Positions 53,091 to 64,000 of a DNA stretch of 64,000 nt are shown here, piece by piece; the stretch's first letter is position 1; each line of letters starts with the position of its first letter. The notes below the pieces were generated by a model. That model searched no databases and had not been told where the DNA came from. It was given only the letters and a program-made list of their open reading frames with translations. This DNA is from Octopus sinensis (lineage: Eukaryota). The DNA is taken from positions 1 to 64,000 of the forward strand of contig NW_021836137.1 of the NCBI RefSeq assembly GCF_006345805.1, read 5' to 3'. A program made the position numbers and the translations under genes.

Positions 53091-53264
53091 ATGTGTGTGT
53101 GTATGCATACATATACATATGCATGCATATTTGTATGAGTGTAGATATATATATATATATATATAATATATATATATATATGTATACACATACACAAATT
53201 TAAACGCATATACATATATATTAGTTTTAAATTTTAATATAAGGCCATTGATAAACATACATAT

Positions 53265-53445
53265 GTAGCTGGTGCCAAGTAAAAAAGCACCCAGTACACT
53301 GTGAAGAGTGATTGGCATTAGGAAGGGCATCCAGCTGTAGAAACCATGTTGAATATGGCAGTAGAGGCCTTAGCACAGCCCTCTGGCATGCTGGTTCTTG
53401 TCAAGCCATTCAACTTATGGTGTTTGATGACTATGATGATGATGC
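53265..53445 (+). mobile_element. Degenerate RTE 3' end
   Basis: ttggcattaggaagggcatccagctgtagaaacc...atgatgatgatg. Confidence 0.6.
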
Positions 53446-53497
53446 ATACAAATATACATAAATATATATGTATCTATATTGCATTTACGTGTGTGTG

Positions 53498-53532
<35 letters not shown>

Positions 53533-53659
53533 ATATATATATATATATTATAGAAGGAGCTTCTAATGAAACAGTTCTAGTCCTGTAGAAGCTCCTTCTA
53601 TAAAATAAATTAATTTACTCTGCTATGTATTGAGTACCTTATTTACTGTGGTTAACCCC

Positions 53660-53679
53660 GACTCAACCCGGGACCTACA

Positions 53680-53730
<51 letters not shown>

Positions 53731-53809
53731 TACATATATATATATACATATACATACATACATACATATATATATATATACATATATATACATATATACA
53801 TATATACAT

Positions 53810-53874
<65 letters not shown>

Positions 53875-53920
53875 TATACACACACACACACACACAAACA
53901 TGTATATATAAACATATAGA
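53660..53920. repeat. (TA)n/(TACA)n/(CA)n tract
   Basis: Direct reading. Confidence 0.95.
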
Positions 53921-54297
53921 GACACACACTTCTTTCTGCAGCTAATTGAAATTGTATGCAAAGATAAAAAATGTGTTACAAAGAAAGCCAACATGTAAGA
54001 ACATTTTGGTGACACATCCTTTTTAATCAAACTCTAACCAATGTAGCGGTGAAAATTAATCAGGCTTGAAAATGCAGAAGATATTTTGTGATGTTGCATT
54101 CTTTGTAGAAAACAGAAATCCTTGAAAAAGAACACTGAACTGCACTGAAAATTATCATTTCATTTATATTTTCTTTGTTTTCTTGAACTAGTATCCATCT
54201 TGTTTTTTCTTGTAACGTTAGCAACAACTATTACTACTACTTTTTCTTACATCACAACTATTGCCAGAATGAAGGACATGAAATTTGTTAACACTGC

Positions 54298-54545
54298 TAT
54301 CATCATCATCATCATCGTTTAACGTCCACTTTCCATGCTAGCATGGGTTGGACGATTTTGACTGAGGGCTGGCGAACCAGATGGCTGCACCAGGCTCCAA
54401 TCTTGATCTGGCAGAGTTTCTACAACTGGATGCCCTTCCTAACGCCAACCACTCCGAGAGTGTAGTGGGCGCTTTTCACGTGCCAGCGGCACGGGGCCAG
54501 TCAGGCGGTACTGGCAACGACCTCGCTCGAATCGTTTTACACATG
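54298..54545 (-). mobile_element. RTE 3' end fragment, well preserved
   Basis: (CAT)n-cgtttaacgtccactttccatgctagcatggg... Confidence 0.85.
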
Positions 54546-55747
54546 CCCATAGAAGATAAACACACTTGTACATTTCTACGCACACACACACACACACACA
54601 TTTATACTGTGGATGTATTTATTACATGGATACAGCTAGAAAGTCAGGCCTTGTATTCCAGAAGTGGCAAACAGAGGAAATGAGCAAAAACAACTTGGGA
54701 GCCACTCTGGGTGTCAATACAGACAGTCTGCATAAACTTTTCAAGAAGACCTTCTGACCAAAGATTTTAAATGATTTCCAAGAGCCCTTACTTTGGAAGT
54801 ACGACAGACAGTGATGAATTTTGCATTTATGAGTAATTATTTCAACTTTAATGAAAACATACTATATATTTGTATGTTTATCAATGGCCTATGCTGAAAC
54901 ATACTATATATGGCCTATACTAAAGCATACTATATATTAGTATGTTTACCAATGGCCTATACACACACATATGTGTACATCTACAGGCACATATATACCT
55001 ATGGAAATATTTTCCATTAATGCATTTGAAGATTTCACCTTTTCTGCCTTCACTATTTAGTATACACAACGAACAGAAAATATGAAACTTGAATGCAAGG
55101 TAAAAATATGAATGGATCTTTTCTGGTGGTAACAACTTCAACTAAAATTGATACAGAGGATTGAGCAGAAAGTAGTCTCTTTCCCTTCAATTCTACATAA
55201 AATCACATGACACATTTCTCCTTTGCTAAATACAAGTACTAAATTCCTGATTAGTACTAGCATATATAGTATTGTAATGCACTGGATCAAGCTTCCCACA
55301 GCACTATTTGATCAGATATTTTTTTCCATTTAAAATTATAGGTCTGCCATTTCAAATAATTGGGGATGGAATTAATGCCCAAGTGCAAAACCATATGTAT
55401 GCCAGCAAAAGAACCACTTGTAAGATATAATAAATGTTATATTTTGGCTTTAAGAGAGCTTATTTAAGAGAATCTAACAATTTCAGGATAGTTTCCTTAC
55501 ATGAGAAAGATCTAAAGAAGTAAAAGCAGAAAGATTCTAGGACTTCTCTTGCATCAAAGTAAATGCATTGCAGAATATACCATTAAAACCAAAACATCAA
55601 TGAAAGCTAATTCACTCTCATGCCTTTCATATTAAAAATATTTAACCTTTTCATAACCATATTTCAAATATGATGCTGTGTTATATAATATTAATTTCAA
55701 AAATATAAAAACATGCAAGTGAAATGAATACACTGTACTAAGAGTAA

Positions 55748-57705
55748 TCATCATCATCGTCATCGTTTAACGTCTGTTTTCCATGCTGGCATGGGTTGGA
55801 TGGTTTGACAGAGGGCTGGCAAACCAGATGGCTGAATTGAGCTTCAATCTAATCTGGCAAAGTTTCTACAGCTGGATGCCCTTCCTAATGCCAACCACTC
55901 CAACATTGTAGTGGGTACTTTTTACATGCCATCGGCATAAGGGCCAGTCAGGTGGTGCTGGCATCGACCATGCTCAAATGGTGCTTTTTACGTGCCACTG
56001 GCATGTGACTAGTCAGCCAGCACTGGCATCGACCACACTTGAATGGTGCTTTTTACATGCCACCGGCACAGGAGCAAGCCAGTCAGGCGGCACTGGCAAC
56101 AATCATGCTCAAATGGTGCTTTTTACGCGCCACTGGCATGGATGCCAATCAGGTGGTACTGTCATAGGCCATGACAATGACTTCCTTTCCTTCAAGTGCA
56201 GTTTATTGCCCAATGATTGAAGGGTACTCTTAAATGGGCTGGTTATGCTGACCTGGCAAAGGACACGGTTACGGTCTCACTTGGCTTGCTGGATCTTCTC
56301 AAGCACAGCATATCTCCAAAGGTCTTAGTCACTTGTCATTGCCACGGTGAGGCCCAACATTCAAAGGTCATGCTGCACCACCTCATCCCATGTCTTCCTG
56401 AGTCTACCTCTTCCCCAGGTTCCCTCACTTTTTCACACCTGTCTTCATCCATGTGCAACACATGACCATACCAGCACAGTCGTCTCTCTTGCACACCACA
56501 TCTGATGCTTCTTATGCCCAACTTTTCTCTTAGGGCACTCACACTCAGTTGTGTATGCACACTGACATTACACATCCAGCAGAGCATACTAGCTTCATTC
56601 CTTGCAAGATTACGCATGTCCTCATCAGTCATGGCCCATGTTTCACTGCCATGTAGCATGGCTGTTTGCACACATGCATCATACAGTCTACCTTTTACTC
56701 TGAACAAGAGGCCAATTGTCACCAGCAGAGGTAGGAGCTCTCTGAACTTTGCCCAGGCTATTCTTATTCTAGCAGCTACACTTTCAGAGCATCCACCCCC
56801 AACTACTGACTTGGTCACCTAGATAATGGAAGATTTCAACTACTTGTAGTTTTCCCCCCACTACAATGTGACAGAAGCTGTTTTCTGTACATTTTAGTGT
56901 TTATTGCCCCTGAGCATTTACCACACACAACAACTATCATCCCAGTAAGCCTTCCTTTGATATTGCTGCACCTCGTATGTGTCCATAGCTTACACTCAGT
57001 ACATCTTATGTAGTTTCTACTTATGCCTTTTCTACAGATGGAGCAGGGCCAACTACCTGAAGGGATTTGTGGTTTGTCTGTCTTCCTACTTATTAAGACC
57101 TTGGTTTTTTATTAGAATGACTCTAAGAACCTTCAATTCTAGACCTTGCTTTCACACCTGAAACTTCTCTAGTTCTGATAGTGACTCAGCTATTAAAGCA
57201 AGGTCATCAGTCTAGAGAAGCTACCAGGCAAATCATGATGAATAAGATGGGGCTGAGGACTGATCCTTGGTGGACCCCTACCCGGAATTTTTCAGTGTAC
57301 TTGTTGCCAACCCTCACCTTATAGACAGTATCCCTGTACACGGTTTGTACAGCTCTCACTAACCATTCATCTATCCCCAGATTCCGCATTGACCACCAAA
57401 TAAGGGATCAGGGAACCCTGTCAAAAGCTTTTTACCTGTCAACAAAAGCCAAGTACAGAGGTTTATCTTTGGCAAGGTATTTTTCCTGCAGCTGTCTAAC
57501 CATTAATATAGCATCAGTGGTGCTCTTCCCTGGCACAAACCCAAACTGCATCTCGTCTTGACTGACTCACTCCCTAATTAGTTGGGCTATGACTCTCTCC
57601 ATGACTTTCATCACCTGATCCAACAACTTGATACTTCTGTAATTATTCATATCTAATACATAAAATATCCCCTTTACCTTGTAGCAGTTGACTATGGTGC
57701 ATTTA
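55748..57705 (-). mobile_element. 5'-truncated RTE-clade LINE (RT, PHD insert, C-terminus, 3' UTR with tandem units, (GAT)n tail); pseudogenised
   Basis: NYRSIKLLDQVMKVMERV..QFGFVPGKSTTDAI..KAFDRVP..GVHQGSVLSPILF; the YADD motif has decayed to *TDD; then HYLGD..ESVAARIRIAWAKFRELLPLL..LHGSETW..RRLCWYGHV. Confidence 0.95.
56914..57051 (-). other. C4HC3 PHD-type zinc finger encoded inside the RTE RT region
   Basis: WPCSICRKGISRNYIRCTECKLWTHTRCSNIKGRLTGMIVVVCGKC = C-x2-C-x10-C-x2-C-x4-H-x2-C-x14-C-x2-C. Confidence 0.85.
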
Positions 57706-59001
57706 TTATTGCTACCATTGTTCAGAGAGATATATCATTCAAAGGGAGAGTGCACTAATTTTAATCCTCTTACCCCTCTTTTCTTATGAGGTCTACCTCA
57801 TCAATATTACTGTTCTGTATGGAATCTTCCAATGAATCTTCCAATGAACGTCAGAATCTTGTAGATTTTAATAAACGCACACATATACATGTATGTTTAC
57901 CAGTGACTGAAATAGTGTATGTGTGCATCTCTGTGCATGAGTGCATATGTGAGTAGATGTGTACATGCACATACACATTTATATAATGCATAAAATGACA
58001 TTAGGCATGTAAACACTGCTTTGTGAAAAAAAAAGTCAATACATTTGCTAACTGAATTCTTCCTGTAATACTATTTAAATAATATTGTTTGTCCTATAAT
58101 AAATTGGCTTTATCACAATAGATAAACATTGGATCTTAATTACTGTTATATTAAGAATCTACTAATTTAATATTTTTGTTTTTCTAATTGTTAATACTGT
58201 CTCCATAAAAGTTATTCAATCATAACTATCATCTGCTCCTTCTCATTTACATTTTAAGCCACGTATATAACAGAGACCACTGTTAATCTGAGGAGCCTTC
58301 AAAAAATCTGCTTAACTGATTTATTTTAAGGTAGCTTACCAAACATGACAGCAGCAACCACAAAACAATAGCAACAGCAGTAATGATGATGATGATGAAA
58401 ATACCAATTAGACTGGACCATTTCCAATGAAAAAAAAGAAAGATAATTCACTGTCTTTATTCTTTATTTTTTTATTTTTTTTTTTATTTTGAATAAAGAT
58501 TGCCTTTTGTTTCTTTGTTACTAGGTCAGGATATTTTAGAGAATAAAACTATTGATTTCTTCTAAATGAGAAGAACATTTACTTCCAACAATACACTGAA
58601 GGAAATACCAGCCAAATAACATTTCCACTTAGATAGTAAAAGATTATTTAACTCTTTGAATTCTAATTTTTTGAAAACATTTTCTTTTCTTTCTTTTGTA
58701 TTTTCAAACTAAAATTTTAGATATTTATAATGCAGTCAAAAATAATTGGGTGTTGAAGATCAATCACACTTGTAACTAAGCTATAGACATCTATAAATAA
58801 GCATAATAACCAATTAAACATTATTATTTGGTTAGGTTTTTTTTTATTTTGTAGAAGATAAGACTATAAGAGATAACCAAGTCTCCAAGGAATAGAAACA
58901 TTGACTAGCAGAAAGCTATAGCAAGAAACTAGACATAAGGTTTACTTAAATAGATGAAAAGCAGAGAGCAAAATGTTTGCTAGTATATGTTATTTAAAAT
59001 A

Positions 59002-59986
59002 TGAGGGGAAGTCAAAAATTATCGGCACTTTTACCATAACATATCTTTATTATTATCACACTGCCTTTGGTGTAAGTGTGCTTACAGTTGGTACTACCAT
59101 AGTGACATGATCAAATTTTGAGTCTAATCATGCCATTTTTCTTTCTAGCTTTACAGTGTAACGTGAACAAGCAATGTGCACCAAAGAAGATCAAAGAACA
59201 GTGATTTGATTTCACTGGTAGGAAGGAGTGTCAGGTGCTGAAAACCATGAGAGACACAATTGGTTAATAGTTTGAACAGTCTGTGTGTGGGCATGCATTG
59301 TCATGCAGCAATAAAACTTTCTTTGACAACAGGCTTTGCTGTTTGTTGTGAATTGCTGGCTTCAGTTTGTTGGCCAGCAAAGCACTGTATTTTGCATTGT
59401 TGGTTGTACAGCCCTTTTCCAGGTAGTCTTCCAGTATAGGCCATTTTGAGTCCCAAAAAAGGGTTAGCATCATCTTTCCCATAGAAGACTGAGTCTTGAA
59501 TTTTTTCATCACTGACAAGCCAAGATGTTTCTTACTCCATTCTCTGTCTTTTGGATTTTGCCTTATAATGATGGACCCATGTTTCATCTCCTATGATTAT
59601 TCTGCTCACAAATTCCCCACCCTCATTGTAGTAGTGATCAAGCAAATGTTGACAGGCTTCAAAACATTTGCACTTGTGCTCTGCAGCAAGCTCTCTTGGC
59701 ACCCATCTTACTCAGATTTTATGGAAGCTGAGCTCATTGAGGATGATTTTCAGCACCTGACACACCTTTCAACCAGAGAAATCAGATCACTGCTCTTTGT
59801 TCTTCTTTGGTGGACATTTCTAGTGGAGCGGTCATGCTTACACTGTAAAGCCAGAAAGAAAAATGGCGCCATTATGCTCAAACTTGAATCACATGACCAC
59901 ATATAAGCACGCATGTGCAGAAGGCAGTGTGGGCATAATAAAGATATGTTACAGCAAAAGTGCAAATAATGTTTGACTTCTCCTTG
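59002..59986 (-). mobile_element. Rearranged mariner with ~240-bp terminal inverted repeats
   Basis: TA-flanked TIRs. Minus strand MSTKEEQRAVI..KKFKTQSSMGKMMLTLFWDSKWPILEDYLEKG..KVLLLHDNACPHT; 59002-59249 is an inverted copy of 59745-59986. Confidence 0.9.
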
Positions 59987-60872
59987 TATATAAAAATGAA
60001 TGAAATTGTTTAAGTTGCAAAACAGATTCATTTTTTTTACTATAGAAATGCGGATGTTCTTGCAATAAAATACTATGAGTATAATGTAGGTGAGCATTAA
60101 AAAAAGACCTGGAAATATCACTTCAAGAAACAGATAAGGAATAGCATTATGAGACCCTATTTCTGGTTTAATAGACATAGGAATCAGTTGTAAGTATTAT
60201 GATCAGTATTGAGAGAGAGCAACTGTATTTTTAAAAAAATACAAGGAATGATGCAGATTTGTGAGGAATATTTATAAAAAGTCTGAAAGTATCTGTTTGT
60301 TATGATGCTTCACATGGGTGATCAGTTTGTGCATGTGGCTGTTATCTCTAAAATCTGGGTTAGTTGCAACATTATCGATAGCTACAAAAGTAGAAAAGAT
60401 GCAAAGGAGATGACAAAAGCCTAAGAGCTTAAAACATAAATGGTAGAGTTATATAAAACGTAAAATAAAACTGAGTTAAGTTGGTAAAAATACAGTTGAG
60501 TTTGTAGCAAGAAGCTAAATCACAAATGCCATACAACCAAGTAGAAAATTTATACAAAATTGCATGAACTGACCAGTAGAAGGCTTCTAACAGAGTCCTA
60601 TGCACTGCAGTCTGCTAATCACTGAGAACGTTAGGTATAGATTAATGGCTCATGAGTATTTCTAGTTAGGTGCTATCAAATTGGCATGGATGCCCAAAAA
60701 AGTAATAGATACCCACCAAAAGTACACTAGAATCTATGGCTGTCTCACAGAGAACTATGATATTCCATGAGTCAAATGTATAGGGATTGTTAATATTAAA
60801 TGCAATCACTGAAGAAAACTCATGTTCTACTCACATAGTTTACAGTAGCAGAAGCAGAATTCAGATTTCAAG

Positions 60873-61277
60873 TGATACTCTTTTGCTTGTTTCAGTCATT
60901 TGACTGTGGCCATGCTGGAGCACCACCTTTAATCGAGCAACTCGACCCCGGGAGTTATTCTTTTGTAAGTCCAGTACTTATTCTATTGGTCTCTTTTGCC
61001 GAACCGCTAGGTGACGGGGACATAAACACTAAACACACCAGCATCGGTTGTCAAGCAATGCTAGGGGGACAAACACAGACACACAAACGCATATATATAT
61101 ATATATACATATATACAACGGGCTTCTTTCAGTTTCCGTCTACCAAATCCACTCACAAGGCTTTGGTCGGCCCGAGGCTATAGTAGAAGACACTTGCCCA
61201 AGGTGCCATACAGTGGGACTGAACCCGGAACTATGTGGTTGGTAAACAAGCTACTTACCACACAGCCACTCCTGCTT
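60873..61277 (-). mobile_element. SINE family C
   Basis: Near-identical to 4880-5284. Confidence 0.9.
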
Positions 61278-61501
61278 AGTTTACCTTCAAGTTACCTCAA
61301 GTTTAAGTATGATAATTAAAGTAAAGGAAATGACATAATAAATTCTAATAGTTGTTATCATTGTTGGAAATATAAAATTTCTTTGTTCATACAAATAGCA
61401 AACTGTATAAAGAATAAGAGAAGACTGGCTGATGCTTCATGATTTCAGAAAATTTGTAAAGGCTACTAACAAATGAGCTGAATATGATACCTTAGCTATG
61501 T

Positions 61502-61887
61502 GGATGGAAGCACTCCGTCGGTTACGACGACGAGGGTTCTGGTTGATCTGATCAACGGAACAGCCTGCTCGTGAAATTAACGTGTAAGTGGCTGAGCATT
61601 CCACAGACACGTGTACCCTTAACGTAGTTCTCGGGGATATTCAGCGTGACACAGAGAGTGACAAGGCCAGCCCTTTGAAATACAGGTACAACAGAAACAG
61701 GAAGTAAGAGCGAGAGAAAGTTGTGGTGAAAGAGTACAGCAGGGATCACCACCATCCTACTGCCGGAGCCACGTGGAGCTTTAGGTGTTTTCGCTCAATA
61801 AACACTCACAACGCCCGGTCCGGGAATCAAAACCGTGATCCTACGACCGCGAGTCCGCTGCCCTAACCACTGGGCGATTGCGCCTCC
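61502..61887 (-). mobile_element. Full-length tRNA-derived SINE (third family) with 13-bp TSD
   Basis: TSD accttagctatgt at 61489-501 and 61888-900; head ggaggcgcaatcgcccagtggttagggcagcggac...ggttttgattccc. Confidence 0.9.
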
Positions 61888-62474
61888 ACCTTAGCTATGT
61901 AATGTTATTTGCACAAAAGTCTGAACACAAGAGACCTAAGAAAGTGGCTGTGCATTAAAAGCTTTAGCTGATATGTGCATGACACATAGCTGCCTGGTGT
62001 TGACAAGTGATGTGAATGCGTGACAGTTACGCAATAAGAAGTGACATAAGCTGAGTGTGAATGACAGATGCTACAAATGAAAACTGGAAGAAAAAAAAGA
62101 GAATGAAAGAGTTGAATATGAGGATGATGGGACTCTTTGAAGAAATGATGTAAGTTCAAGAAAAACGAAACTATACTGTATTGCTATTCAATGTGACAAA
62201 TGCCAAGCCTACAAAAGTGTGACAAAATAGAGTGAATTACTTAAACGTTTCTAATCAATGGTGTCTTTTACTTTGTGTGTATGTATGTGTGTAGAGAGAG
62301 GAGTAGGGAATATATAGACGACAATAAACATTATCTCTGCTAAAGCTAACTTCTAGAAAATTATCCATTTAGTATTGAGTCCTGTATAAGTAATAGATAA
62401 TATCAGAAAGATGGGGGTAGATATGAAAATAGATAGTATTGGGAGGTATATCTAATTTGTTATTCTTTTCTTTT

Positions 62475-62878
62475 CCTTTATTCTTTTACTTGTTTCAGTC
62501 ATTTGACTGCGGCCATGCTGGAGCACCGCCTTTAGTCGAGCAAATCGACCCCCGGGACTTATTCTTTGTAAGCCCAGTACTTATTCTATCGGTCTCTTTT
62601 GCCGAACCGCTAAGTGACGGAGACGTAAACACACCAGCATCGGTTGTCAAGCAATGCTAGGGGGACAAACACAGACACACAAACATACACGCACATACAT
62701 ATATATATATACATACATACGACGGACTTCTTTCAGTTTCCATCTACCAAATCCACTCACAAGGAATTGGTCGGCCCAGGGCTATAGCAGAAGACACTTG
62801 CCCAAGATGCCACGCAGTGGGACTGAACCCGGAACCACGTGGTTGGTTAGCAAGCTACTTTCCACACAGCCACTCCTG
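62475..62878 (-). mobile_element. SINE family C
   Basis: Near-identical to the other copies. Confidence 0.9.
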
Positions 62879-63154
62879 TTATTATATAATTTTAGTAATA
62901 TTTAATTCATATGTTTATTTTATTTTAATTATTGCATTATTTATTTATATAGTCTATTCAAGTTCTTTAGAAATAAAATCATGAGGTAGATTCAGGGTTG
63001 GGGGTTCAGTAGTTCACTGTACTAAATGTAAAATTACTTTGGTGCATACATATTACTCCTCGTTCATCATATATGTTTAGTAACATCTCTAGACTGTAGT
63101 AGTTTCATAAATTCAGTTATGCATAATAAACACATTTTATTCCCAATATTTTAC

Positions 63155-63312
63155 TACACTCGTGGAGTGGTTGGCGTTAAGAAGGGCATCCAGCTGTAGA
63201 AACACTGCCAGATCAGACTGGAGCCCGGTGCAGCCCCTGGCTTCCCAGACCCCGGTCGAACCGTCCAACCCATGCTAGCGCAGAAAACGGACGTTAAACG
63301 ATGATGATGATT
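63155..63312 (+). mobile_element. RTE 3' end fragment, CpG-rich (probably young)
   Basis: ggagtggttggcgttaagaagggcatccagctgtagaaac...ggacgttaaacgatgatgatga. Confidence 0.85.
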
Positions 63313-63677
63313 ATAGGAGTGGGCTCTATCTATAATACTCCAATTAGGGTGTACTCTCTTTTTCTAGATTTTAATTCCCATATATATTTACTTAAGCCTG
63401 TAGACTTACTTAAATTGGGATTTTTAAAGGTCTGGTAGTGCTGGAATATTCTTTTTTTTTAAATTTCATTAGCTGTTGATCCAATATAAGCCTTATTTAT
63501 AATTTTATTATTATTGTTCTTAGAGCTAACTATACATTTATAAATTACATTATCTATTTTACAATTATTAGAGAGCTTACATTTAGTCATATCATGACAT
63601 TAACATTTTTCTATATGTTGATTAAGTGTTCTATCACTATCAGTTATATTATGGCTAGAGCTATTATTTATTATGCT

Positions 63678-64000
63678 CATCATCATCATCATCATCATCG
63701 TTTAACGTTCGCTTTCCATGCTAGCATGGGTTGGACGGCTCAACTAGGGTCTGGGAAGCCCGAAGGCTGCACCAGGCCAGTCAGATCTGGCAGTGTTTCT
63801 ACAGCTGGATGCTCTTCCTAACACCAACCACTCCGTGAGTGTAGTGGGTGCTTTTTATGTGCCACTGATACAGGTGCCAGACGAGGCTGGCGAACGGCCA
63901 CGCTCGGATGGTGTGGTGTTTTTTATGTGCCACCGACACAGGTGCCAGACGAGGCTGGCGAATGGCCACACTCGGATGGTGTTTTTTTATGTACTACGGA
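63678..64000 (-). mobile_element. RTE 3' end with about 3 internal tandem units (runs off the window)
   Basis: (CAT)n tail; acaggtgccagacgaggctggcga repeated. Confidence 0.85.

Noticed and set aside
56336-56818. 160-aa ORF as a host gene or active retrotransposon
   Set aside because: Part of the RTE ORF2; the element is 5'-truncated with stops, frameshifts and a destroyed YADD motif.
61815-61887. tRNA gene (also heads of SINE families B and C, and a tRNA-like stretch at about 51095-51180)
   Set aside because: A/B-box-like motifs continue into SINE bodies, and no convincing cloverleaf with an acceptor stem was found.

Overview
AT-rich eukaryotic genomic DNA, intronic or intergenic in character, with dense (TA)n, (CA)n, (GATA)n, (CAT)n and (TAA)n microsatellites. 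The repeat families resemble those of coleoid cephalopods, most likely Octopus; this is an inference from recognising the repeats, not a database result. No intact protein-coding gene could be identified. Most ORFs in the track are translated microsatellites or SINE sequence. The window holds many transposable elements. These are a ~2 kb 5'-truncated RTE-clade LINE with a C4HC3 PHD-type zinc finger inside its RT region, many RTE 3'-end fragments with (GAT)n tails, at least three tRNA-derived SINE families, and three mariner derivatives plus a Tc1/mariner-type MITE. There are also two R4/Dong-type fragments lying in (TAA)n tracts, a Helentron-type (HINE) element enclosing a Gypsy integrase fragment, and several long inverted-repeat elements. 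The most interesting signal is a 142-bp near-perfect inverted repeat (11861-12257). Its spacer folds into a minimal Penelope-type hammerhead ribozyme, and the predicted cleavage site coincides with the arm boundary. A similar partial arrangement occurs at 53548-53603. Several short splice-flanked open frames could be exons of a large host gene, but strand and identity are unresolved. Boundaries of degenerate repeats are approximate.
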